46,843 nucleotides of DNA, taken from Anaerolineae bacterium. GTDB taxonomy: Bacteria; Chloroflexota; Anaerolineae; DRVO01. A program made the position numbers and the translations under genes. This document shows, piece by piece, positions 26,462 to 35,983 of the stretch. The notes beneath the pieces were generated by a model that was given only the letters and a program-made list of their open reading frames with translations, was not told the origin of the DNA and made no database searches. The stretch is taken from contig JAPWUW010000001.1 of NCBI GenBank assembly GCA_028275325.1, positions 1-46,843 on the forward strand, read 5' to 3'. Each line of letters opens with the position of its first letter. Within the stretch, counting starts at the first letter, position 1.

Positions 26462-27645
26462 CGTTATCCTCTCGAGAGCGCTTGCTTTGCGCCCTCGACC
26501 GGCAGGAAGTAGACAGGGTCCCTTGTGCTTTCATGAGCTTCACGGCCATGCGCGGCCGCGTTCAGGATGCCTACGAGCTTTGCCTGCGCGAACGGGAAAT
26601 GGGGCTGGATAGCATGCTCTTCATCCCCACAAGCTGGCGAAACTCCCGGCCCAACCACCCCGACCTGCGCGGGCTGCCCATTCGCTTCCCCGAAGACGTG
26701 CGCATTGACCTCTGGCGCGAGGAGCTTCCGGGGGAGAGCTTCCCGATCCTGCACAAGGAATACCACACCCCCGCCGGGACGCTCACGACCCTTGTGCGCA
26801 AGACAGCGGATTGGCCGCATGGCGATACCGTGCCCTTCGTCGATGACTACCAGATCCCGCGGGCAGTCAAGCACCTGGTGGAAGGCCCCCAGGATCTCGC
26901 CCCGCTGCGCCACCTCCTGCAGCCACCGCGGCCGCAGGAGATCGAGCACTTCCGTGCCGAGGCCAAGTTCGCCCACGCCTTCGCGCGGGAGCACGGGCTT
27001 CTCCTTGCTGGAGGCTGGGGCGTGGCGGCAGATATGGTGGGCTGGCTCTGCGGGCTGCAGAACATGATGCTCCTCGCCGTGGACGAGCCGCAGTTCCTCG
27101 AGGAGTTGCTTGCCACCATCGCCCAGTGGAACGAGGCGCGCATGCGCGTCATCCTGGAGGCGGGGGTCGACCTTTTCATCCGCCGCGGCTGGTACGAAAG
27201 CAGCGATTTCTGGTCCCCGGCGCTCTACCGGCGCTTTCTCCTGCCACAGCTCAAGCGGGAGGTGGCGCTTGCGCACGAGTACGGCGCACGCTTTGGCTAC
27301 ATCATGACGACAGGGCTTCTGCCCATGATGGATGCCATTCTGGAAGCAGGCGTGGACGTGCTCCTGGGCGTGGATCCGCTGCAGCACGGTGAGCGGCCGC
27401 TGGAAACGATCCGCAAGGCCTTGGGCGGCCGCGTCTGCCTCTGGGGCGGCGTGAACGCCGCCATCACCGTTGAATCGGGCACGGAAAAGGACGTGGAGCG
27501 CGCAGTGGCGGAGGCGCTTTCGACGATGCATGGCGTGCGCGGCTTCATCCTCTCGCCGGTGGACAACGTAACGGATATCAGCCGCCGTACGTGGCGCAAC
27601 GTCGATACCCTTATCCGCGCCTGGCAATCTTTGGCGCAGGGGTAG
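26452..27645 (+). CDS. URO-D-family protein (paralog 2)
   Basis: The N-terminus SRERLLCALDRQEVDRVPC is typical of URO-D/MtaA-like proteins. The C-terminal barrel pattern is ...YRRFLLPQLKREVALAHEYGARFGYIMTTGLLPMMDAILEAGVDVLLGVDP...LWGGVNAAI...DVERAV...FILSP. There is no H-x-C zinc element. Confidence 0.75.
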   Translation: MAVALSSRERLLCALDRQEVDRVPCAFMSFTAMRGRVQDAYELCLREREMGLDSMLFIPTSWRNSRPNHPDLRGLPIRFPEDVRIDLWREELPGESFPILHKEYHTPAGTLTTLVRKTADWPHGDTVPFVDDYQIPRAVKHLVEGPQDLAPLRHLLQPPRPQEIEHFRAEAKFAHAFAREHGLLLAGGWGVAADMVGWLCGLQNMMLLAVDEPQFLEELLATIAQWNEARMRVILEAGVDLFIRRGWYESSDFWSPALYRRFLLPQLKREVALAHEYGARFGYIMTTGLLPMMDAILEAGVDVLLGVDPLQHGERPLETIRKALGGRVCLWGGVNAAITVESGTEKDVERAVAEALSTMHGVRGFILSPVDNVTDISRRTWRNVDTLIRAWQSLAQG

Positions 27646-27648
27646 TCC

Positions 27649-28611
27649 ATGGCCGAGCGGCCTTTCGACGTCATCACCATTGGGGATACCTGCGTCGACC
27701 TCCTCGTCGACCTGGGGGCAGTTCTGCCGCAGTTCGGGCAGGTAGAGCAGTGGGTTGAGGATTACCATCTGGAGATGGGCGGTTCCACCTGCATTTTCGC
27801 CTGCCAAGCGGCGCGGCTGGGGTTGCGCACTGCTGTGCTTGGCAAGGTGGGGGCCGACACCTACGGAGAGCTCATCCTGCGCCAGTTGCGCCAGTGCGGT
27901 GTGCAGACGCGCTTCATCCAGGTGGACCCAGGCCTCAAGACGGGGCTTGGCGTGGCCCTTTGCCGCCCCGACGGGGATCGGGCCATCCTCACCTACGGCG
28001 GCAGCATCAACGCTGTGACCCCATCAGACGTTACGGATGAATTTCTGGCAAGCGGGCGGCACTTCCACTACGGCAGTTTTTACCTGCAGACGAGGCTGCT
28101 TCCCCATGCGCCGAGCATTGTGCGGCGGGCCAAGGAGCTCGGGCTGAGCCTCTCGCTCGACACCAACTGGGATCCCTCCGGCCACTGGGATGGCGTGCTC
28201 CCCGAAGTGTTGCGGCAGGTAGACCTATTCCTGCCCAACGAGAACGAAGCGCTGGCGATCACTGGTGCGCAATCCGTGGAAGAAGCGCTGAGGCGGCTGC
28301 TATCCCTTGTGCCCAATGTGGCGATCAAGCTCGGGCCACGCGGCGCCCTGGTGGGCAGCGCCGCAGGGACCTGGCACGTGCCCGTCGAGCCGGTGCCCTA
28401 CATTGCCGACACAGTTGGTGCGGGGGACAACTTCGATGCTGGTTTCGTGGCCGGATGGCTTGCGGGGTTGCCGCTGCCCGAATGCGCCGCAGTCGGCAAC
28501 GCCTGCGGCCGGGCAAGCATCCTGGCACGTGGTGGCGTGGCCGGCCAATTGCGCCTGGAAGAGATCCCGCAGCTTTCGGGAGCGCTGCGCTCTAGCACTG
28601 GCAAGCTCTAG
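27649..28611 (+). CDS. PfkB-family carbohydrate kinase (ribokinase fold)
   Basis: DVITIGDTCVDL...GGSTCIFA...LFLPNENEA...DTVGAGDNFDAGFV (anion hole/ATP motif). Confidence 0.9.
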   Translation: MAERPFDVITIGDTCVDLLVDLGAVLPQFGQVEQWVEDYHLEMGGSTCIFACQAARLGLRTAVLGKVGADTYGELILRQLRQCGVQTRFIQVDPGLKTGLGVALCRPDGDRAILTYGGSINAVTPSDVTDEFLASGRHFHYGSFYLQTRLLPHAPSIVRRAKELGLSLSLDTNWDPSGHWDGVLPEVLRQVDLFLPNENEALAITGAQSVEEALRRLLSLVPNVAIKLGPRGALVGSAAGTWHVPVEPVPYIADTVGAGDNFDAGFVAGWLAGLPLPECAAVGNACGRASILARGGVAGQLRLEEIPQLSGALRSSTGKL

Positions 28612-28625
28612 AGGAGGGTTGAAAG

Positions 28626-29999
28626 ATGGCAGAACGCCGCAACATCGTGCTCATCGGCGCGGGCAGCGCCATGTTCACTCAGGGGCTTGTGGCCGACCTC
28701 ATCCTCTCTGGCAGGCCGTGGAACCTGCGCCTTGTGGACATCGATCCGCAGGCGCTGCAAGTGGCAGAAGGCCTCTCGCGGCGCATGATCGCGGCACGCA
28801 GCGCCGATATAACCGTGCAGGCCTCCCTCGATCGGCGGGACCTCCTGCCCGGTGCAGATGTGGTGGTGACGACGATCGGTGTTGGTGGCCGGCGTGCCTG
28901 GGAAGCCGACGTCTTCATCCCGCGCAAGTACGGTGTTTACCAGCCAGTGGGCGACACGGTCATGGCCGGCGGGATCTCGCGCGCCATGCGGATGATCCCG
29001 GCAATGGTTGAGATTGCGCAGGATGTGCTGCGCCTTTGCCCGCAAGCCCTGTTCTTCAACTACGCCAACCCGATGACGGTCAACTGCTGGGCGGTGCGCA
29101 AGGCCACAGGCGCCAATGTGGTAGGCCTGTGCATCGGCACGGTGCACGTGGTGCACGAGCTTGCTGCCTTCGCAGGTGTGCCAGCAAGCGAGGTGACAGC
29201 CCTTGCTGCTGGCGTCAACCACTTCACCTGGATCTACGACCTGCGCTGGCGTGGGCAGGATCTGTGGCCTCGAGTGCGGGAGCTGCTCGCGCACGAGCGA
29301 GCTGGCACAAGCGCTCCCCCCGAGGAAATCGCACCGGGCGGGGATTCGACGCTTGTCCACGGGCGGCGGCCGCGTGCCGCGGACAACCCCTTCTCGTGGT
29401 CGCTCTTTGAGGCCTACGGCGCCTACCCGGCGGTGAACGACCGGCATGTCGTCGAGTTCTTCCCGGAGCAGTTCCCCAACGGGCGCTACTACGGCAAAAC
29501 GCTCGGCGTGGACGTCATGAGTTTCGAGGGCATCATCCGCTACGGCGATGAGATCTACGAGAGGATGCGCGCCCAGGCCATGGGTGAGGTCCCCCTTGAT
29601 GAAAGCGTTTTCGAGCGCGCTGCGGGGGAGCACTCCCAGCTTGTGGAGATACTCGGGTGCATCTGGGCTGATGAGCGGCGCATATACTACGCAAACCTCC
29701 CCAACCGCGGCGCCATCCCCAACCTGCCGGCGGAGGCAGTGCTGGAGATGACCTGCGTGAGCACCGGCCGTGGCCTCCGGGCCGTTCAGGACCCCGAATT
29801 CCCGGACCTCCTGGCTGCGCCGTTGCAGCGGAAGATCGCCGCGCACGCGCTCACGGTGGAAGCAGCGCTCACTGGCAGCCGCAAGCTCTTTGTGGAGGCG
29901 CTCCTTGCCGATGGCTGCATAAGCGACCGTGCAGCAGCCGGAAGGCTGGCCGACGAGCTGCTTGCAGCTCACAAGCAGCACCTGCCGCAGTTTGCGTGA
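28626..29999 (+). CDS. Glycoside hydrolase family 4 (NAD+/Mn2+-dependent glycosidase)
   Basis: RNIVLIGAGSAMFTQGLV (Rossmann), ...VVVTTIGVGG...DTVMAGGISRAMR...FFNYANPM...VVGLCIG... is the typical GH4 layout. GAGGAGG RBS. Confidence 0.85.
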   Translation: MAERRNIVLIGAGSAMFTQGLVADLILSGRPWNLRLVDIDPQALQVAEGLSRRMIAARSADITVQASLDRRDLLPGADVVVTTIGVGGRRAWEADVFIPRKYGVYQPVGDTVMAGGISRAMRMIPAMVEIAQDVLRLCPQALFFNYANPMTVNCWAVRKATGANVVGLCIGTVHVVHELAAFAGVPASEVTALAAGVNHFTWIYDLRWRGQDLWPRVRELLAHERAGTSAPPEEIAPGGDSTLVHGRRPRAADNPFSWSLFEAYGAYPAVNDRHVVEFFPEQFPNGRYYGKTLGVDVMSFEGIIRYGDEIYERMRAQAMGEVPLDESVFERAAGEHSQLVEILGCIWADERRIYYANLPNRGAIPNLPAEAVLEMTCVSTGRGLRAVQDPEFPDLLAAPLQRKIAAHALTVEAALTGSRKLFVEALLADGCISDRAAAGRLADELLAAHKQHLPQFA

Positions 30000-30078
30000 C
30001 CTTCAGCCAATAGGGCCATAGGCTGTGGCCGCCTCGCAAGGGAGGCGGATATCAGCAAGCATTGAAGGAGGTGTTGGC

Positions 30079-31452
30079 ATGAACAGGGCTAAAGCACTCA
30101 ATCGGCGGTCGTTCCTCAAAGGCCTGGCGCTCGTCCTCGGGGTGGGCGCCGCGGGCGGCTGTGCGCAGGCAACGTCTGGCGCCCCTTCGCCCGCGCCAGC
30201 CGGCGCCACGCCAGGAGGCTTCCAGGGCACCATCGAGTTCTGGGATTGGGCTTATGACCCGCGCGTCGCCTTCATGGAGGAGCTTGTCGCCGAGTGGGAA
30301 AAAGCCCATCCTGGAGTCACTTTGAAGTACAACCCGCTAGACTGGACCGAAATCGAGACGAAAATCCTCACTGTCGCCACGGCGGGCACCGGCCCCGCGT
30401 TCTCCAACATCCACTTTTTCTGGCGCTATGACCTCCAGAGGGCTGGTGTGCTCACTCCGTACCCCGAGGACATATTCGAGTGGGATGACCTCATCAGCAC
30501 CCCATTCAACCGGGATCCGGAGACAGGCCATATCTACACCTGCGACTTCTGTTACTAAGCAGATGCCGTCTACTACAACCGCGAGCTGCTGGAGGCCGAG
30601 GGGATAAAGGAGACGGAGATCCCCCGCAAGTGGGACGACTTCATAAAGATGGCCCAGCAGCTCACCAAGCGGGATGCAAGCGGCAAGATCACCCAGGCGG
30701 GCCTCTCGCTCAACGATTACTGGGCGCGCGAGTGGCTCTGGATGGATCTCGTCTACCAGCAAGGTGGCTGGCTGTACAACCCCTCCGGCACCGAAGCCAT
30801 CTGGGATAGCGAGGAGGGCGTGCGCGCGCTCCAGTTCATCAAGGACATCTACGACACCTGGAAAGTGGATGACCCGGAATTCCTGAACTAGGGCGATGCC
30901 TTCGGTAACGGCAAAGCTGCCTTTTACATCAACCAGGGCTACACCGCCCCAGGGATCGATTCGAGTTTCCCGCAAATGGCGGGCAAGTGGGCCACAGCCG
31001 TCGAGCCAACTTTCACGGGTAAACCGCTGCCGTCCTGGGGGCTGCAGGTGCCAGAAGAAGGCTTCTGCGTCTTCAACAAGTTCCCGGTGGAGGTGCAAAA
31101 GCTCGCTTTCGACTACATCAAGTTCATGATCGGCTCAGACGAGCGGCGCATTCGCTGGGCCCTCGTCATGCAAGGCCCGCCAGATGCAAAGCACCTGCTC
31201 ACGCACCCGGACATCACCGGCAACAACGTCATCGCCACGCAGGCAGAGACGCTCCCGTACCGAGTGAACTATGGCGAGCGTCCACTGGAGGCCGAGAAGC
31301 TCTGGCGCGCCATGTTCGATAAGGTGATACTTGAGGGCGAAGAGCCAAAGGTGGCCCTTGCAGAGGCGACCCAGCAAATGAATGCCGCCTTCAAGGAATC
31401 CGGCAAGAAGCGCTACATCGTTGAGCGCAATTACCGGCCGCCATCCGCCTAG
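30079..31452 (+). pseudogene. ABC transporter extracellular solute-binding protein (family 1, CUT1 type) interrupted by two in-frame stop codons
   Basis: The three track ORFs (30025..30558, 30649..30891, 30976..31452) are all in the same frame. Read-through gives a continuous 457-codon SBP with a Tat/lipoprotein signal (MNRAKALNRRSFLKGLALVLGVGAAGGC). The stops are TAA at 30556-30558 (CDFCY*ADAVYYNREL) and TAG at 30889-30891 (EFLN*GDAFGNGKAAF). There is no frameshift. GAAGGAGG RBS before the ATG at 30079. Confidence 0.8.
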
Positions 31453-31555
31453 CTTTTGCGCGCTGCGCATGTGGCCCCTTTCCCCGCAGGGCGCGAGGGA
31501 AGGGGCCACAGCCCAGCCGGCAGCCAAAGCGAGAACGAGAGGTGATCGGGGAAGG

Positions 31556-32512
31556 ATGGAAGTTGTGGCCACATCACAGGCAGGAAAGCGAGCAAGCACT
31601 GTGAGAGCGTGGCTTGGCACCCAGAGAGCTCAGAGGCAGCTCTTCATACTCAGCGTCCTCGTGCCCGTCTTTGCCTGTTTGCTCATCTTCTGGGTGTACC
31701 CCGTAATCCGGGGCTTCTGGGGCAGCTTCACGGAATGGCGCGCCTTCAACCCCAATGCGCCGTTCGTGGGCATGCGGCAGTACACGCGCGCCTTCCGGGA
31801 CCCCATATTCCTCATCTCGCTCAAGAACACGTTCTACTACGCCGCACTCACCATCCCGCTCAATACCGCCCTGGCCCTTCTGCTTGCCCTGGCGATTGAC
31901 GCCAGCGGGGGCACGAGGGTCTTTTTCCGCACAGTCTACTTCTTGCCCGTCGTCACCTCGACGATAGCCACGGCCCTTGTCTGGAAGTGGCTTTACCAGC
32001 CTTCCCTCGGGCTTTTCAACCAGTTGCTCACTCTCCTCGGCCTGCCCACGCAGAGGTGGCTGCTCTCGCCCAAGCTGGCCCTGCCAAGCATCGCCATCTA
32101 CTCCATCTGGAAAAACGTCGGCTTCACGATGGTCGTCTTCATGGCCGGGCTCACGACCATCCCGACCGTCTATTACGATGCCGCCAAGGTCGATGGAGCG
32201 GGGCGGTGGGCGACCTTCTTTCGCATCACTGTGCCGCTCCTGCAGCCGACCTTCGTCTTTGTGCTCGTCACCGGGGTGATCAGCGCGCTTCAGGTCTTTG
32301 GCCCCATTTACGTCATGAGCGCGGCAGCGGGAGATGCTCTGCCAGGAGGGCCTAACAACGCGACCATGGTCCTTGCCGTATACCAATGGCTCATGGCCTT
32401 CCGGGAGCTCGAGCTGGGCTATGGCTCGGCAATGGGCCTCATTCTCTTCCTCATTATCCTCGCGCTCACCATCATACAGCTGCGCCTCATGCGCACGCGC
32501 TGGGAGTACTGA
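31556..32512 (+). CDS. Carbohydrate ABC transporter permease (MalF/UgpA-like)
   Basis: Six TM helices and the EAA loop AAKVDGAGRWATFFRITVPLL. ATG at 31556 after GGGGAAGG. Confidence 0.9.
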   Translation: MEVVATSQAGKRASTVRAWLGTQRAQRQLFILSVLVPVFACLLIFWVYPVIRGFWGSFTEWRAFNPNAPFVGMRQYTRAFRDPIFLISLKNTFYYAALTIPLNTALALLLALAIDASGGTRVFFRTVYFLPVVTSTIATALVWKWLYQPSLGLFNQLLTLLGLPTQRWLLSPKLALPSIAIYSIWKNVGFTMVVFMAGLTTIPTVYYDAAKVDGAGRWATFFRITVPLLQPTFVFVLVTGVISALQVFGPIYVMSAAAGDALPGGPNNATMVLAVYQWLMAFRELELGYGSAMGLILFLIILALTIIQLRLMRTRWEY

Positions 32513-32515
32513 GCT

Positions 32516-33388
32516 ATGATCGCTACCGCCCGTGCGGTCGCCCGCAGGCCGCCAAGAGCCCTGGGCAAACGGCTTGAGGTCTGGCTGTTGCGCCTGGCCC
32601 TGGCCCTCGGCGCCATCGCCATGATCGGGCCCTTCTACTGGATGATCGTGACTTCCTTCAAGCCAAGGGAGGAGGTCCTTGTCTTCCCCCCGACGTGGTG
32701 GCCTCACAACCCCACCCTTGAGCCCTGGCTGGAGCTCACGCGGTTGCGCGGCGGCGGCTTCGTCGTTTTCTTCCGCAACAGCATTCTTGTGACGGCCTCC
32801 ACCACTTTCCTAGTGCTTCTCACCAGTGCCCTGGCGGGCTACGTCTTTGCCAAGTACGAGTTCAGAGGTCGCGAGCTCCTGTTTGTGCTGGTACTCAGCA
32901 TGCTCATGGTGCCCTTCAACGTCTCCATTATCCCACTCTATGCCCTGATGGTCTCCTTCAAGTGGACCAACTCCTACTGGGCGCTCATCATCCCTGGTGC
33001 CGTCAGCCCCTTTGGCATCTTCCTCCTGCGCCAGTACATGCACTCCATCCCCAACGACCTCATCGACGCAGCACGCATAGATGGCGCATCCGAGTTCGGC
33101 ATATTCTTCCGCGTTGCCTTGCCCCTCTCCACGGCAGCGCTCAGCGCGCTCGGGATCTTCACCTTCATGTGGGTGTGGGATGACTTCCTGTGGCCACTGG
33201 TCGTGATAGATGAGCCGCGCCTCTACACGCTCCCGCTTGGCCTCAACCAGTTGCGCGGCCGCTTTGGCTCCGACGTAGCCGCGATGACAGCCGGGGCGAC
33301 GGCAGCAGTTCTGCCCGTCCTCGTCGTTTACCTGGCAGCACAGCGCCGCTTCGTGGAAGGGATCGCCCTCACAGGGCTCAAGGGCTAG
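32516..33388 (+). CDS. Carbohydrate ABC transporter permease (MalG/UgpE-like)
   Basis: GPFYWMIVTSFKP... and the EAA loop AARIDGASEFGIFFRVALPL. Confidence 0.9.
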   Translation: MIATARAVARRPPRALGKRLEVWLLRLALALGAIAMIGPFYWMIVTSFKPREEVLVFPPTWWPHNPTLEPWLELTRLRGGGFVVFFRNSILVTASTTFLVLLTSALAGYVFAKYEFRGRELLFVLVLSMLMVPFNVSIIPLYALMVSFKWTNSYWALIIPGAVSPFGIFLLRQYMHSIPNDLIDAARIDGASEFGIFFRVALPLSTAALSALGIFTFMWVWDDFLWPLVVIDEPRLYTLPLGLNQLRGRFGSDVAAMTAGATAAVLPVLVVYLAAQRRFVEGIALTGLKG

Positions 33389-33437
33389 GCCATCCCGGTG
33401 CCCAAGCCGAGATCGCACATGAGGAGTTAGGGGCAGC

Positions 33438-34538
33438 ATGGACGCTCGCAGCCGGATCGAAGCCGTACTGCACCGCCAGCGTGTAGATCGAGTGCCCTTC
33501 GTCGTCTACGACAACCTCTTCCCGCGCGGACAGTTCGAGCGGGAACTGCGAAACAGGGGCATGGGCCTGTGCGCCCGCTGCTCCACCGTGTACGCGCGCA
33601 TGCCCAACGTCAGCGTGGAGACAAGGCATGAGGGCGAGACAACCCTCACCATCTATCACACACCTGTAGGGGACGTCTCCACGAGGTCCAGAACGCACAC
33701 GGGCAGGGTGAGCGACAACATGGCCATCGAGGTGGAGGGCATGATCAAGAGCGAGCGGGATTACGAGCCCGTCATCTTCATGCTGGAAGACACCGTCTTC
33801 GAGGCCGACTGGTCGCTTTACACCGACCTCGCGCGGGATCTGGGCGGGGATGGCATCGTGCGGGATGCGGCGATTGACCCCTTCTTCGAGAGCCCTCCCT
33901 ATGGGGCCACCCGGAGGTTCTTCGGCGACCTGTATGGGCTCGACCGCTGGGCCTACGCTCAGCGCGACCACCCCGATCACTTCGCGCGGCTGCTCGAGGC
34001 AGTGGAGCGGCGAGAAGAGCGCCGCCTGAAGCTCGTGGCTCAATCCCCGGCTGAGTTTGTTGCCTTTGGCTGGCTCGGTGGCCTCTGGAGTGCCAGCGCC
34101 TTCGAGCAGTACGAGCTTCCCTTCTACCAGAAGTGGGTGCCGTACCTCCAGGCTCATGGCAAGGTCTGTGCCCTCCACGCGGATGCCACAAACCTCAAAG
34201 CCTATGCCTCCCTCATTGCGCGTACCGGCGTGGACGTCGTTGAGGCCTTCACGCCGCCTCCCGTCGGGGATCTGAGCTTGAAAGAAGCGCGCCGGGCCTG
34301 GGGCGAGCGCGTTATCATCTGGGTTAACATCCCTGAGACGGTCTTCTACTTCGGCCCCGAAGCAACGAGGGATTACGCCCGCCAGCTCCTTGAGGAAGCT
34401 GCCACGAAGGAGGGGCTGGTGATCGGCTTCACGGAGATGGGCATCTGGGGCGCAACGGATGAGAGCACTTACGCGGCCTTCAGGGCAGGCATCTTGGCAT
34501 TGGCCGAAGCACTTGAGGATTACGGCCACTGCCCCTAA
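33438..34538 (+). CDS. URO-D-like TIM-barrel protein (paralog 3, divergent)
   Basis: The N-terminus RIEAVLHRQRVDRVPF and the C-terminal ...FYQKWVPYLQAHGKVCALHADATNLKAYASLIARTGVDVVEAFTPPP...WVNIPE... parallel the other URO-D-family genes in this window. Assignment is weaker than for the other copies. Confidence 0.6.
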   Translation: MDARSRIEAVLHRQRVDRVPFVVYDNLFPRGQFERELRNRGMGLCARCSTVYARMPNVSVETRHEGETTLTIYHTPVGDVSTRSRTHTGRVSDNMAIEVEGMIKSERDYEPVIFMLEDTVFEADWSLYTDLARDLGGDGIVRDAAIDPFFESPPYGATRRFFGDLYGLDRWAYAQRDHPDHFARLLEAVERREERRLKLVAQSPAEFVAFGWLGGLWSASAFEQYELPFYQKWVPYLQAHGKVCALHADATNLKAYASLIARTGVDVVEAFTPPPVGDLSLKEARRAWGERVIIWVNIPETVFYFGPEATRDYARQLLEEAATKEGLVIGFTEMGIWGATDESTYAAFRAGILALAEALEDYGHCP

Positions 34539-34576
34539 ACGGCTGTCCGCCGCAATTGTCGCTAAGGGACTTTTTC

Positions 34577-35983
34577 ATGCAGCTTGAGCAAGGAACGATC
34601 AATGTCCTGTCCTCAGCAGAGGTGAGTGCCCTGCATGGGGCAGCCCAGCGCATCCTGCAGGAGGTTGGCCTCTGCGTCGAGCACGAGGCCATCCTCGAGC
34701 GGCTTGCCGCGCATGGCGCCATTGTAGATTGGGCCAGGCAAAGGGCGCTCTTCCCCGCGCCCCTTGTTGAGCGCTTCCTTGCGGATTCGGAGCGCAGCGC
34801 CCCCGCCACCGGCGTGGAGGTGACAGCCTCGGCCGGCATCTACTACAGCCTCTACCACGACCCGGAGAGTGGCAAGCTCCTGCCCTGGACGCAGGAGCGG
34901 CTGGCGAGCTACGCAATGCTGGCCAAGCGGCTTGAGCACATTGGGGCCGCAAGCATGCTTGGCTGCCCCCTGGCGGACCCGCCGCAGCTTGCGCCCCTCT
35001 ACGAGCGCCTCTACTGCTGGCGCTACGGCATCCAGGAGGCCGGGAGCATTCACCTCGACGAGCTCTGCCCCTTTATCCTCGAACTCTACGAAATGCGCGC
35101 CAGCTGGTTGGGCCGGCCTCTCAAGGAGATCTTTCGCGGCTCAGCATACCTCATCCCACCGCTCAAGCTCGGCCGGCACGAGGCCTATCAGTTCCACTAC
35201 TTCGCCGAGCGCGGGCTGCCCGTCTCCCTGGGGGATCAATACGCCACCGGCGCCACCGCGCCCGTCACTATGGCAGGAGCGCTTGCGCTCAGCCTGGCCG
35301 AGCAGCTGGCCGTGGGGATCCTGCAGCGCGCGTTCCACGGCGGCCGGCGCTTTGCCCTCCATTGCTCCATCTCGCCGCTCGATATGAGAACGATGTTCTA
35401 CCCCTACGGTCGGCCGGAAATGGCCCTGGCAAACCTCGCCATGGCCCAGATGGCGCGCCATTACGGGCTCCCATTTTACGGGCACGCAGGGCTCACCGAT
35501 GCCAAGCTCCCCTCTGCTGAGGCCGGCTACCAGAAAGCCCTCACCGCCCTTCCCACGCTGCTTGCAAGCGGCCGCCTGCACATGGATGCAGGGCTCCTGG
35601 CTGTGGACGAAATCTGCTCTCCCCTGCAGCTCATCATCGACAACGAGTTCCTCGGCGCGCTCAAGCACCTGTGCCAGAGCTTCCCGACAGACAAGGAAGC
35701 CCTGGCCCTGGAGCTCATCGCGAGCATTGGCCCAGGCGGGAACTTCATCGCCACGGAGCACACGGCACGGCACTTCCGGCAAGAGCACTGGGAACCGCAG
35801 ATCTGGTCCAGAGAGCCGCTGCAGATATGGCTGGGCAGCGGCCAACCACTGGATGTGGATCGGGCCCGGGAGATCTACCAAGGGCTCCTGCCGGGGCTTG
35901 TGGCAGCACCTGAGCTCAGCCCCGAGCAGGAGCGGGAAATCCAGGGACTTATCCGGCGCGCGCAGGCCTCGCTTGCGCTCTAG
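34577..35983 (+). CDS. MttB-superfamily (trimethylamine methyltransferase family) protein, non-pyrrolysine type
   Basis: LSSAEVSALHGAAQRILQEVGLCVEHEAILERLAAHGAIVDWARQRALFPAPLVERFL is the characteristic MttB-family N-terminus. ...DEICSPLQLIIDNEFLGAL... and ...GGNFIATEHTARHFRQEHWEP are characteristic C-terminal blocks. The ORF is uninterrupted, with no internal TAG. The ATG at 34577 is preferred over the TTG at 34556. Confidence 0.8.
   Translation: MQLEQGTINVLSSAEVSALHGAAQRILQEVGLCVEHEAILERLAAHGAIVDWARQRALFPAPLVERFLADSERSAPATGVEVTASAGIYYSLYHDPESGKLLPWTQERLASYAMLAKRLEHIGAASMLGCPLADPPQLAPLYERLYCWRYGIQEAGSIHLDELCPFILELYEMRASWLGRPLKEIFRGSAYLIPPLKLGRHEAYQFHYFAERGLPVSLGDQYATGATAPVTMAGALALSLAEQLAVGILQRAFHGGRRFALHCSISPLDMRTMFYPYGRPEMALANLAMAQMARHYGLPFYGHAGLTDAKLPSAEAGYQKALTALPTLLASGRLHMDAGLLAVDEICSPLQLIIDNEFLGALKHLCQSFPTDKEALALELIASIGPGGNFIATEHTARHFRQEHWEPQIWSREPLQIWLGSGQPLDVDRAREIYQGLLPGLVAAPELSPEQEREIQGLIRRAQASLAL

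Noticed and set aside
28608-29981. 457-aa minus-strand ORF mirroring the GH4 gene almost end to end
   Set aside because: The plus-strand product has clear GH4 motifs. The minus-strand translation is low-complexity and Arg/Ala/His-rich with no recognisable domain. It is a typical high-GC shadow ORF. The same reasoning applies to 11429..12544 (antisense pyrG), 13060..14109, 5214..6431, 8255..9967, 16028..17026, 16807..17838, 26464..27807, 31574..32707, 33378..34529, 35141..36157, 36148..37767 and 41979..43385.
30556-30891. Stop-codon recoding (pyrrolysine at TAG, or reassigned TAA/TAG) in the SBP gene, prompted by the nearby MttB homolog
   Set aside because: Two different stop codons are involved. 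Other genes in the window use TAG and TAA as genuine terminators (for example pyrG, the MttB homolog and copA). The MttB homolog itself has no in-frame TAG, and no pyl genes are visible. A pseudogene or a sequence error is the simpler explanation.
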